This document shows positions 8,413 through 16,960 of a DNA stretch of 64,000 bases, one piece after another; positions within the stretch are counted from its first letter, which is position 1, and every line of letters begins with the position of its first letter. Origin of the DNA: Patescibacteria group bacterium (GTDB lineage: Bacteria; Patescibacteriota; Minisyncoccia; Phycocordibacterales; Phycocordibacteraceae); the NCBI GenBank assembly GCA_038064495.1, contig JBBTSZ010000004.1, forward strand, positions 5,363-69,362, given 5' to 3'. The notes under the pieces are model-generated. The model was not told the origin of the DNA and ran no database searches. It worked only from the letters and a program-made list of their open reading frames with translations. Both the position numbers and the translations under genes were made by a program.

Positions 8413-10125
8413 ATGGATGAAAATCAGGATCGCGTCACCTATTTTGCAGCGACTGATGCCAGAGGAAGAAAACAACCCTTCGGTATAAAAATGAAGGACC
8501 GTTCCCGTCACATGTATGTGATAGGAAAGACCGGCATGGGTAAATCAACTCTGCTTGAAAATATGGCGATTCAAGATATCCGTAATGGGGAAGGCATGGC
8601 CTTTATTGACCCACACGGAAGTGCAGTGGAAACACTTCTTGACTATATTCCTGCAAACCGTGTGAATGATATTGTCTACTTCGCTCCGTTTGATTTGGAA
8701 CGCCCGATAGCATTTAACGTGATGGAGGATGTGGGCTACGACAAGCGACACCTCGTGGTGTCGGGCCTCATGGCTACGTTTAAAAAGATCTGGGTAGATG
8801 CGTGGTCTGCTCGTATGGAGTACATTCTTTCAAACACACTGCTGGCACTTCTTGAGTACCCAGGCTCCACCTTGCTCGGGGTGAATCGCATGTACACCGA
8901 CAAGGGGTACCGCAAGAAGGTGATTGATAACGTGAAGGACCCCGTGGTGAAAGACTTCTGGGTGAAAGAATTTAATACGTACACCGATCGGTACACCCAG
9001 GAGGCGACACCGGCTATTCAAAACAAAATTGGGCAGTTCACGAGCAATCCACTCATTCGTAACATCATTGGTCAGCCACACTCCTCGTTTGATATTCGCG
9101 AGTTGATGGACAAAAGAAAGATTCTCATCATCAATCTTTCAAAGGGATTAGTGGGAGACACGAACATGAAGCTTCTTGGTTCCATGATTACCACGCGCAT
9201 CTTCCTTGGGGCTATGAGTCGTGCAAACCTGCCTCCCCACGAACTCGTGAAGGCACCTAATTTTTATTTTTACGTAGATGAATTCCAGAACTTCGCAAAC
9301 GAGACCTTCGCGGAAATTTTGTCTGAGGCTCGTAAATATCGTCTGAATCTTATTATTGCGCATCAATATGTGGAACAGATGGAAGAAGAGGTCGCGGCAG
9401 CAGTCTTCGGGAACGTGGGCACGACGGTCGCGTTCCGAGTTGGACCGTTTGATGCGGAAAAACTGGAAGTGGTGTTTGCTCCAGAATTTACCCCCGAGGA
9501 CCTCGTCAACCTCGGTTTCGCGCAGATTTACCTGAGTCTCATGATTGATGGCATTGGCTCCCGGCCTTTTTCTGCAGTTACCATTCCTCCGATAGAGCCA
9601 CCGAAGCGCTCGTATCGTCCTGAAGTGATTGAAGCATCGCGCGCACAATTTAGCGGAGCACGTGAGTCAGTGGAGGGGTTGATTTACGAGGAGCTTGCTA
9701 TGAGTGAGGCTCTTCCGCCTGAACCACCTGCAAAAAAGACCTACCCACCAAAGCGAGTAGAAAATCGAGAACCCAGACTAGAACAACCGAGGCGTGAAGA
9801 GCGACCACCTGAACGACCTCGTCCAGAGGCTCGTAGACCTGAGCGTGAAAAACGTTCTGAACCTCCGCAACAGAGCGTACAAGACCTGAAAGCTATTTTA
9901 CGAGCCACTCTTGAAAAGAGTACTAAAGCAAAAGACATAACACGAGAAGAAAGAACAGGAACCCTCAAAAGCGCACTTTCAGGTGTCGTTCAAAATTCTC
10001 CCGAGCTGAAAAAAGAAGTATCACCGGCACCTTCGCTGCGTGCACATGAATCAAAACCTAAGGCGGAATCTGTGTTTGAGATTCCAGAAGAAGTATTACG
10101 CGACCTTTTCAAAAAGGAACTCTAG
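8413..10125 (+). CDS. Soluble P-loop ATPase of FtsK/HerA/VirD4 superfamily, type IV coupling protein (TraD/TraG/VirD4)-like, with charged low-complexity C-terminal tail
   Basis: Walker A GKTGMGKST; FIDPHGS about 25 aa downstream (T4CP-like DPxG); Walker B YFYVDEFQNF; IIAHQ motif; no N-terminal TM; tail rich in PRREERPPERPRPEARRPEREKR. Confidence 0.65.
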   Translation: MDENQDRVTYFAATDARGRKQPFGIKMKDRSRHMYVIGKTGMGKSTLLENMAIQDIRNGEGMAFIDPHGSAVETLLDYIPANRVNDIVYFAPFDLERPIAFNVMEDVGYDKRHLVVSGLMATFKKIWVDAWSARMEYILSNTLLALLEYPGSTLLGVNRMYTDKGYRKKVIDNVKDPVVKDFWVKEFNTYTDRYTQEATPAIQNKIGQFTSNPLIRNIIGQPHSSFDIRELMDKRKILIINLSKGLVGDTNMKLLGSMITTRIFLGAMSRANLPPHELVKAPNFYFYVDEFQNFANETFAEILSEARKYRLNLIIAHQYVEQMEEEVAAAVFGNVGTTVAFRVGPFDAEKLEVVFAPEFTPEDLVNLGFAQIYLSLMIDGIGSRPFSAVTIPPIEPPKRSYRPEVIEASRAQFSGARESVEGLIYEELAMSEALPPEPPAKKTYPPKRVENREPRLEQPRREERPPERPRPEARRPEREKRSEPPQQSVQDLKAILRATLEKSTKAKDITREERTGTLKSALSGVVQNSPELKKEVSPAPSLRAHESKPKAESVFEIPEEVLRDLFKKEL

Positions 10126-10214
10126 ATTTGAAACTTTTTTGAGGGTTCTTGAGTACTAGTAAGTACAGAACATTACGAACGAATAACCACCGAATGATAT
10201 GGTGAATGCACTCT

Positions 10215-10254
10215 TGGCCCCTCCGCTCTAGCAACCACTAGAGCGGAGGGGCCA
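10215..10254. promoter_or_regulatory. Perfect GC-rich 17-bp-stem inverted repeat (hairpin) between ATPase gene and glycan operon; terminator-like but no U-tract
   Basis: tGGCCCCTCCGCTCTAG-caacca-CTAGAGCGGAGGGGCCa read directly from sequence. Confidence 0.5.
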
Positions 10255-10303
10255 CCTGTTGCTCGTCCTCTGGTACTCTCGTATCCTACAGACAACTACT
10301 GAT

Positions 10304-11542
10304 ATGAAGCGTATACTCATCTTCTCGTTAAACTACTATCCCGACTTTGTTGGGGGTGCTGAGGTAGCAATTAAGGAGATTACCGACCGTCTGCCGCAGG
10401 AGGAATTTGAATTCCACGTCATAACGCTTCGTTTTAATAGAAACCTTCCAAAGGAAGAAAAAATCGGGAATGTGTCCGTACATCGTATCGGTTTCAGTCT
10501 ACGGGGCGCTACCATACACGACCTTGGTCGGTATCCACTCAAACTCAATAAATACTGGTTTCAGTTCGCAGCAGCGTGGCATGCGCTACGCCTCCACCGG
10601 AAGATCCCCTGTGACGCAATCTGGGCCATGATGGCTCACTCGAGCGCTATTCCAGCAGGACTTTTTAAACGCCTTCACCCGAGTGTCCCGTACCTCCTTA
10701 CCCTTCAGGAAGGAGACCCCCCCGAGTATATAGAACAACAGATGCGAACTGTGTGGCCACTGTTCATCCGAGGAGTGAGAAGCGCTGACTTCATTCAATC
10801 CATCTCAATCTATCTTCAAGCGTGGGGAAGGCGACTACGACCAACCGGGGAGTCCGTTGTTATACCAAACGGGGTTGATATACAGCTGTTTTCTCAAAAA
10901 CCAAACACACCAGCACTCACCGCGTATAAGAACACACTTGGTAAGAAAAAAACGGACATCTATCTCGTGACTACCTCACGACTCGTATTTAAAAACGGCA
11001 TCGATACGGTTATTCGAGCACTTCCAAAACTTCAAGAACACATCTCGTTTCTTATTTATGGAAACGGACCTGACGAGAAGAAGCTACGAATGCTCGTAGA
11101 AGAAATCGGTGTCACATCGCGCGTTCGGTTCATGGGTTACATCTCGCACGCGGACATGCCGCTTGCGCTTAGTGCTTCAGATATTTTTATTCGACCATCA
11201 CGCTCAGAAGGTATGGGCAATTCTTTTATAGAAGCTATGGCAACAGGTGTGCCGGTCATTGCAACTCGTGAAGGTGGCATCCCTGACTTTCTTTTTGATT
11301 CTAAGAACCATCCGGAACAACCTCAGACCGGCTGGTCAGTGAATACCGACGATCCTGATGATGTTGCCCGTATTGTTAATGCCATACTCGCTTCTCCTGA
11401 CACAGTTCGTACCGTGACTCAAAACGCACAAACGCTTGTGACAGAGAAATACGACTGGAACACGGTCGCACGCTCTATCCAGGAACTCTTAGAGAACCTA
11501 ACAAAGGTCTCCGCAATGGGAGGCGAGAACAGGGTACAATAG
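10304..11542 (+). CDS. Glycosyltransferase family 4 (GT-B, group 1)
   Basis: N-terminal ILIFSLNYYPDFVGGAEV; C-terminal EGMGNSFIEAMATGVPVIAT (E-x7-E-like); ATG at 10304 preferred over upstream TTG at 10259. Confidence 0.75.
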   Translation: MKRILIFSLNYYPDFVGGAEVAIKEITDRLPQEEFEFHVITLRFNRNLPKEEKIGNVSVHRIGFSLRGATIHDLGRYPLKLNKYWFQFAAAWHALRLHRKIPCDAIWAMMAHSSAIPAGLFKRLHPSVPYLLTLQEGDPPEYIEQQMRTVWPLFIRGVRSADFIQSISIYLQAWGRRLRPTGESVVIPNGVDIQLFSQKPNTPALTAYKNTLGKKKTDIYLVTTSRLVFKNGIDTVIRALPKLQEHISFLIYGNGPDEKKLRMLVEEIGVTSRVRFMGYISHADMPLALSASDIFIRPSRSEGMGNSFIEAMATGVPVIATREGGIPDFLFDSKNHPEQPQTGWSVNTDDPDDVARIVNAILASPDTVRTVTQNAQTLVTEKYDWNTVARSIQELLENLTKVSAMGGENRVQ

Positions 11543-11547
11543 CCATC

Positions 11548-12645
11548 ATGCGGGTTCTGATAGCCACACCCCTATATCCACCCGAGCTTGGTGGACCAGC
11601 AACCTACTCAAAAATCCTTGAAGAAGGATTACCTGTCCGTGACATAGCCGTTACACTCCTTGCCTTTAGCGAAGTGCGTCATCAGCCGAAAATTTTTCGA
11701 CACCTGCTCTATTTTTGGAAAGCCCTTCAGCTCGCACGCGCTGTTGATGTTGTGCTCGCACTTGACCCAGTCTCAGTCGGTCTGCCAGCGTACCTTGCGG
11801 CACGGCTGGCAGGGAAGAAATTTGTCGTAAAAGTGGTGGGGGACTACGCCTGGGAACAGGGACGTCAACGGTTCGGCATCTGGCTTCCGCTTGATGAATT
11901 TGTCCGCACCAAGGAAGTTCCTTTGCAGGTATTGCTACGACGTACGGTGCAAGAGTTTGTGACACGCAGAGCCCTCCGGGTGATTGTCCCGAGTAACTAC
12001 CTGAAACACATCATACAGTTCTGGGGTATTCCTCAAGAGAAAGTCAGCGTTATTCATAATGCCGTTGCAAGTACGAAGCCGAGTACGGTTCCAAGTGTGG
12101 TCGCCGACTCAGGAACACCAAGAATTATTAGTGTCGGGCGACTTGTTCCGTGGAAAGGCATGCACGGACTCATTAGTGCAATGCCTGAAATACGAACGCA
12201 CGTTCCAACCGCGGAGCTTATCATTGTGGGTGAAGGACCTGACCAGGAACAGCTTGAACGATTTGCTGAAGCGCGTGTTCCAGGAGGTGTGGTGTTTACC
12301 GGAGCCCTTCCTCATGACGAAACCTTGGCAGCAATCGCCGCATCAGATGTTGTGGTACTTAATTCAACCTACGAAGGACTCTCACATCTCCTCATTGAGG
12401 CCCTAACTCAGGGGTCTGCCGTAGTGGCAACAAAGGCTGGCGGAAACCCAGAACTGATTGAATCTGAGAAAAATGGTCTCCTCATTTCTATTGGCGACCC
12501 TGAAGGTCTTGCTCGCGCCTGTGTTCGTCTCCTTACCGACACTGCCTTTGCCGGGAGGCTTAAGATGGAAGCAAAAAAATCAATGCAGGACTTTAGTCAG
12601 GAGCGGATGCTCTTGGCTACGGAAACCCTTCTGCGAGGCGTATGA
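11548..12645 (+). CDS. Glycosyltransferase family 4
   Basis: MRVLIATPLYPPELGGPATY; C-terminal EGLSHLLIEALTQGSAVVAT. Confidence 0.75.
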   Translation: MRVLIATPLYPPELGGPATYSKILEEGLPVRDIAVTLLAFSEVRHQPKIFRHLLYFWKALQLARAVDVVLALDPVSVGLPAYLAARLAGKKFVVKVVGDYAWEQGRQRFGIWLPLDEFVRTKEVPLQVLLRRTVQEFVTRRALRVIVPSNYLKHIIQFWGIPQEKVSVIHNAVASTKPSTVPSVVADSGTPRIISVGRLVPWKGMHGLISAMPEIRTHVPTAELIIVGEGPDQEQLERFAEARVPGGVVFTGALPHDETLAAIAASDVVVLNSTYEGLSHLLIEALTQGSAVVATKAGGNPELIESEKNGLLISIGDPEGLARACVRLLTDTAFAGRLKMEAKKSMQDFSQERMLLATETLLRGV

Positions 12646-13760
12646 ATGTCCTCTTCATCTCAAACGACCCCTCCCTTTGTCTTCCTGAGAGTTCTGCTCG
12701 CACTCGCCTGAAAGGGTATGCCCGCACAATCGGCACGTTGCATGTGCTCACTCCTGCAAAAGAGAATCTTGAAGTAACTGATGAGAATCTCACCATTCAT
12801 GGTGTTCGTGGAAGCGCGGTTACTACATACCGTTCGCGTCTCAAGCGTGGACGTGCCCTCGTGCAGGATGCAGAGATAGAGATAGTCTCAGCACAGGACC
12901 CATTTGAAAACGGATGGCTTGCTCGCGCAATCACTCGTGGCACGAAAGCAAAACTCCATCTACAACTCCATACCGACTTCCTCTCACCCTGGTTTGTACG
13001 AACAGGGTCACTGAGTATGTCATTCAAAAATCGCGTGCGCAGAATGATTGCTGACATATTACTGCCGCAAGCAGACGGTATCCGTGTGGTTTCCGAGCGT
13101 ATCAAGACATCACTCGCTACTCGGTACGCTAATCGTATTCAATCGGTAACCGTACTCCCGATTGCGGTGAGCACTACGGTTCCAGAACGTGCGGAACTTC
13201 CACCGCATTCGTTTCAAACCGTCCTCGTAACCATCGGTAGACTTGAAGCAGAAAAGCATATAGACGATATCTTGCGGGCACTTTCAAAAACACCATCCTC
13301 CGTCGGTCTCTTTGTTATTGGAGAGGGGAGACTCCGTGCTTCTCTTGTTAGGCGTACCCGTGAGTTGCATATATCTGACCGAGTAAGCTTTCTGGGTGCT
13401 CAGACTAACGCCTGGGGACTTATGCAAAGTGCGGATGCCTATATTCAAGCAAGTGTATATGAAGGCTATGGGATGACGCTCGTAGAGGCGGCACTTTCCG
13501 GGGTGTCGATTATCACCACCGACGTCGGGATTGTGGGGGAGGTGCTTACGCCAAAGAAGGATGTTGTGGCAGTATCTCCTGGCGATATCAAGGGCCTTAC
13601 AAGTGCCATTACTGGCCTCACAGGGCCCCTGACAGAGCGAGAGACACGTAGAGCGAACGCTCGCAACTCAGTACAGTCTCATCTGAGCGCGTATCAAAAT
13701 CTAGCCAGTTTAATCACGAGCGACCTTTCGAGGCTTCTTGCTGGTTCTACAAGAGCATGA
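12642..13760 (+). CDS. Glycosyltransferase family 4 / group 1
   Basis: C-terminal EGYGMTLVEAALSGVSIITTDVG; 4-nt ATGA overlap with upstream gene. Confidence 0.7.
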   Translation: MNVLFISNDPSLCLPESSARTRLKGYARTIGTLHVLTPAKENLEVTDENLTIHGVRGSAVTTYRSRLKRGRALVQDAEIEIVSAQDPFENGWLARAITRGTKAKLHLQLHTDFLSPWFVRTGSLSMSFKNRVRRMIADILLPQADGIRVVSERIKTSLATRYANRIQSVTVLPIAVSTTVPERAELPPHSFQTVLVTIGRLEAEKHIDDILRALSKTPSSVGLFVIGEGRLRASLVRRTRELHISDRVSFLGAQTNAWGLMQSADAYIQASVYEGYGMTLVEAALSGVSIITTDVGIVGEVLTPKKDVVAVSPGDIKGLTSAITGLTGPLTERETRRANARNSVQSHLSAYQNLASLITSDLSRLLAGSTRA

Positions 13761-14272
13761 CCTACTTCGTCGACTTTGACCGAACCCTTTTTGATACCGA
13801 CCGCTTCCAGAAGGACTACGCGGAGCAACTTTCCCTTGCCGAGGAAGAACCGGGAGTTATTCACCGGGCGCTCGTGAAACTTTTGGCGGAGGGAAATCTC
13901 ACCTTTACGCAAGGAGAACTTACTCCCTACCTCTATGCAGACGCAGCAGAATTCTTACGAGGACTCGGGAACGAAGCTACTATTATCACTCGTGGGGATA
14001 TCGCGTTTCAAACAGCAAAAGTAAAAAGTGCGCTTGTCGGCATTCCGCGCCTCAGTGTGTTTTACACAGGTGAAAACAGCAAGGCTGCATACCTTGCTCC
14101 ACGGATTGATGCCTACCGAGATCCGGTGCTTGTTGACGATAAGCCTCTTGAGCTTGAGATACTGGCAACTACCTGTCCGACACTCCGTTTGTACGAAATG
14201 CGTAGAGATGGAGAGAAAGGGGACGGGCGGTGGTCTATCGTACAGTCACTCGGAGAGCTACCTTCAACATGA
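13757..14272 (+). CDS. HAD-superfamily hydrolase (sugar-phosphate phosphatase, possibly GmhB-like)
   Basis: HAD motif I FVDFDRTLFDT (DxDxT) at N-terminus; 171 aa. Confidence 0.5.
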   Translation: MTYFVDFDRTLFDTDRFQKDYAEQLSLAEEEPGVIHRALVKLLAEGNLTFTQGELTPYLYADAAEFLRGLGNEATIITRGDIAFQTAKVKSALVGIPRLSVFYTGENSKAAYLAPRIDAYRDPVLVDDKPLELEILATTCPTLRLYEMRRDGEKGDGRWSIVQSLGELPST

Positions 14273-15312
14273 GATTACTTATTGTCACGCAGAAAGTAGA
14301 TCGCGAAGACCCCATCCTCGGGTTCTTTCACACGTGGCTTCTTGAATTTGCTAAGCAGGTGGAATCACTCACGGTGATATGTCTCTCTGAAGGAGTCCAC
14401 TCGCTTCCAGAAAATGTCACGGTCTATTCCCTCGGTAAGGAAGAAGGAGAGCGTTCTTTACTCTTGTATAGTTTTGATTTTCTACAGCGTGTCATCAGAC
14501 TACGCGATACCTATGACACGGTGTTTGTGCACATGAATCCTGAATACCTCATTCTGGCCGGTGCTTTCTGGAGAGTCACGGGCAAGCGTACGGCGCTCTG
14601 GTATATGCACAAGGAGGTCTCGTGGCGCCTTCGGCTCGGTGTCTTCTTTGCTCATGACGTGTTTACCGCAACGAAGGAGAGTATGCGCCTAGATACGCGT
14701 AAGAAACGGGTCATGGGCCATGGTATTGATACAGACACTATTCCTGAACTTACTCCACCAAACTATCCACCACTCCACCTTGTTTCGGTGAGTCGTATTT
14801 CTCGCATCAAGCGCCTTCATATTCTTATTGAAACCGTCTCGCAACTCCTTGAGGGAGGCATAGAAGCTGAACTCACCCTTATTGGTGGACCGGTAACGGA
14901 CGACGACGAGGTGTATCTCAAGGAGCTCCATGGTCAAGCCGAGGCGCTTGGCTCTGCAGTCCGCATTCGGTTTATGGGGCCGGTAGAGCGCTCCGAGCTA
15001 CGCTACGTGTTTGAAGACGCTCACCTGTTTCTCCACGCCTCAGCTACCGGCTCGCTTGATAAAGCATCACTAGAACCACTACTTGCGGGTGTACCGGTCA
15101 TTACGGTTTCAGAAGAGCTTGCGGAACTTTCACTTCCGGGCATTCTCCTTGCCGCACCAAATGCTGAGGCGTTTACGAGTGTGGTCCGCAAAGCAATTGG
15201 CACACGCCTCTGGGACGATACGGAGATACGGGCATCTTCAAGAGCCTATGTTATGGAACAGCATGACGTCGCAAAACTCATTCCACGCATACTTGCTATA
15301 GTACAAACCTAG
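14269..15312 (+). CDS. Glycosyltransferase family 4 / group 1
   Basis: MRLLIVTQKVDREDPILGFFHTWL N-terminus; ATGA overlap with HAD gene; an alternative GTG start at 14230 would create a long overlap. Confidence 0.65.
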   Translation: MRLLIVTQKVDREDPILGFFHTWLLEFAKQVESLTVICLSEGVHSLPENVTVYSLGKEEGERSLLLYSFDFLQRVIRLRDTYDTVFVHMNPEYLILAGAFWRVTGKRTALWYMHKEVSWRLRLGVFFAHDVFTATKESMRLDTRKKRVMGHGIDTDTIPELTPPNYPPLHLVSVSRISRIKRLHILIETVSQLLEGGIEAELTLIGGPVTDDDEVYLKELHGQAEALGSAVRIRFMGPVERSELRYVFEDAHLFLHASATGSLDKASLEPLLAGVPVITVSEELAELSLPGILLAAPNAEAFTSVVRKAIGTRLWDDTEIRASSRAYVMEQHDVAKLIPRILAIVQT

Positions 15313-15314
15313 CT

Positions 15315-15950
15315 ATGGACGCTCCACAAACAGACAAATCGCATTACGCTATCGGCTCCTACGGATTTGAGGGCAGATTTGTGAGTTATTTTCACCAGCT
15401 ACACGAAGTGCTTTCACTGAAACCAAGAACCATTCTTGAAGTTGGGGTAGGGGACCGCGTGTTCGGCGATTTTATTAGAAACAACACAGGTGTGGGCTAT
15501 ACCTCAGTTGATATCGCTCCCGATCTCCATCCGGACGTGCTTGGAAGTGTGACAAAACTTCCATTTGCCGACAACTCGTTTGATGTGGTGTGTGCCTTTG
15601 AAGTCCTAGAACACCTTCCGTTTGAGGAGTTTGATGTCGCACTTTCTGAACTTGCTCGTGTTGCCAAGCGCGCCGTTATCCTTTCACTTCCGCATTTTGG
15701 TCCTATGCTCTCGTTCTCTCTAAAGGTTCCGTTCATTCCTCAGCTTCAGTGCGCAGTGAAGCTCCCGGTGTCTCGCACACATGCATTCAACGGTCAGCAT
15801 TATTGGGAAATTGGGAAGCGAGGATATCCACTCAGCCTCATTCGCACCAAGCTACACACGATCGGCGTACGTACCAAAGATTTCATTCCGTTCAACAGTC
15901 CATATCATCATTTCTTTACTATTGATGTTTCCAAACAACGCGGCGTATGA
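15315..15950 (+). CDS. Class I SAM-dependent methyltransferase
   Basis: Motif I ILEVGVGDRVFGDF; motif post-I region CAFEVLEHL. Confidence 0.7.
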   Translation: MDAPQTDKSHYAIGSYGFEGRFVSYFHQLHEVLSLKPRTILEVGVGDRVFGDFIRNNTGVGYTSVDIAPDLHPDVLGSVTKLPFADNSFDVVCAFEVLEHLPFEEFDVALSELARVAKRAVILSLPHFGPMLSFSLKVPFIPQLQCAVKLPVSRTHAFNGQHYWEIGKRGYPLSLIRTKLHTIGVRTKDFIPFNSPYHHFFTIDVSKQRGV

Positions 15951-16960
15951 AGTACGCGTACCTCTACGGCGGAGCCATCGGGGATTCTTTAGTCGGTCTT
16001 CACCTCGGGCGTGCACTTCACGAGCGCCTACCTGGGTCACATTTAATTCTTATCTCAACACGTCGAAGTCCATTTGTTCGTGAATTGGCAGAAACACTTC
16101 CGTATGTTCACTACCAGGAATTAATAAAAGAGGATCCCCGAACATGGTGGTTTTTTATGTTGCTTGCAATAACACCTTCGTCTATTTTTGTGTTTGAGCC
16201 GACCGATGTTTCGGTTCCGAGGTGGTGGAAACTTATCTTACGAGTAGCGACCGTGCTCCCCGGCAGTAAAGAAGTACACAGTCAGCTTATCGGTCATGAA
16301 CGAGCCGTACGTGCGCGGGTAGTGACGAGTATTGTTGGTCCCGAGGACAATCTCTTTATGGTTAATGTGCCACGAACTCTTCGTGCATGGGCAGTAGACC
16401 CGGGAGATGCACTAACGCCATTTCTACCGAGACCAAAGTGCAAGACTCCAGAGAAACCGAATATCCTCTTTCATTTCTTTGCCGCTAGTTATCGTCGTAG
16501 CTATCCCGTTGATAAAGCACGCAGTGTGCTTGAGCACGCACGCACACTGTTTCCTACCTACGAGTTTATTCTCAGCGCAACACCAGACGAACGTGAGCGA
16601 GCTGAAGCTATGGCAAAAGGCATTCCCGATATTCGGATTGAAACAGAGTTATCTGCGTCCGAACTCCTTTGTTACTTACAAAACGCCACCGTTGTGGTCG
16701 GTGTTGCTTCGGGAGTAACGCACCTTGCTTCACATCTTGGGAAACCAGTCATTGCACTTTCCAACCTCTCTGATCCGTATTGGCTGCCGACCTATGCACC
16801 AAAGACGATTATTCTTGCTAATCGTGAGCACTGTCGGTGCAAGGGGAACAAGCAGGGAGACTGTGTAGAGGATACTCCCGACGGGGAAGTGTTCAGATGT
16901 CTCTACTATATATCGACAGAATCGATACTTGAGGCCATGCAAGCAACGCACGCGCTATGA
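15947..16960 (+). CDS. Glycosyltransferase family 9 (heptosyltransferase-like)
   Basis: N-terminal YLYGGAIGDSLVGLHLGRAL and C-terminal VGVASGVTHLASHLGKPVIAL (GT9 GxxSGxxHLA-like). Confidence 0.6.
   Translation: MKYAYLYGGAIGDSLVGLHLGRALHERLPGSHLILISTRRSPFVRELAETLPYVHYQELIKEDPRTWWFFMLLAITPSSIFVFEPTDVSVPRWWKLILRVATVLPGSKEVHSQLIGHERAVRARVVTSIVGPEDNLFMVNVPRTLRAWAVDPGDALTPFLPRPKCKTPEKPNILFHFFAASYRRSYPVDKARSVLEHARTLFPTYEFILSATPDERERAEAMAKGIPDIRIETELSASELLCYLQNATVVVGVASGVTHLASHLGKPVIALSNLSDPYWLPTYAPKTIILANREHCRCKGNKQGDCVEDTPDGEVFRCLYYISTESILEAMQATHAL

Noticed and set aside
9148-9648. 166 aa minus-strand ORF inside the ATPase gene
   Set aside because: Antisense to a CDS with intact Walker A/B motifs; no start context or domain features.
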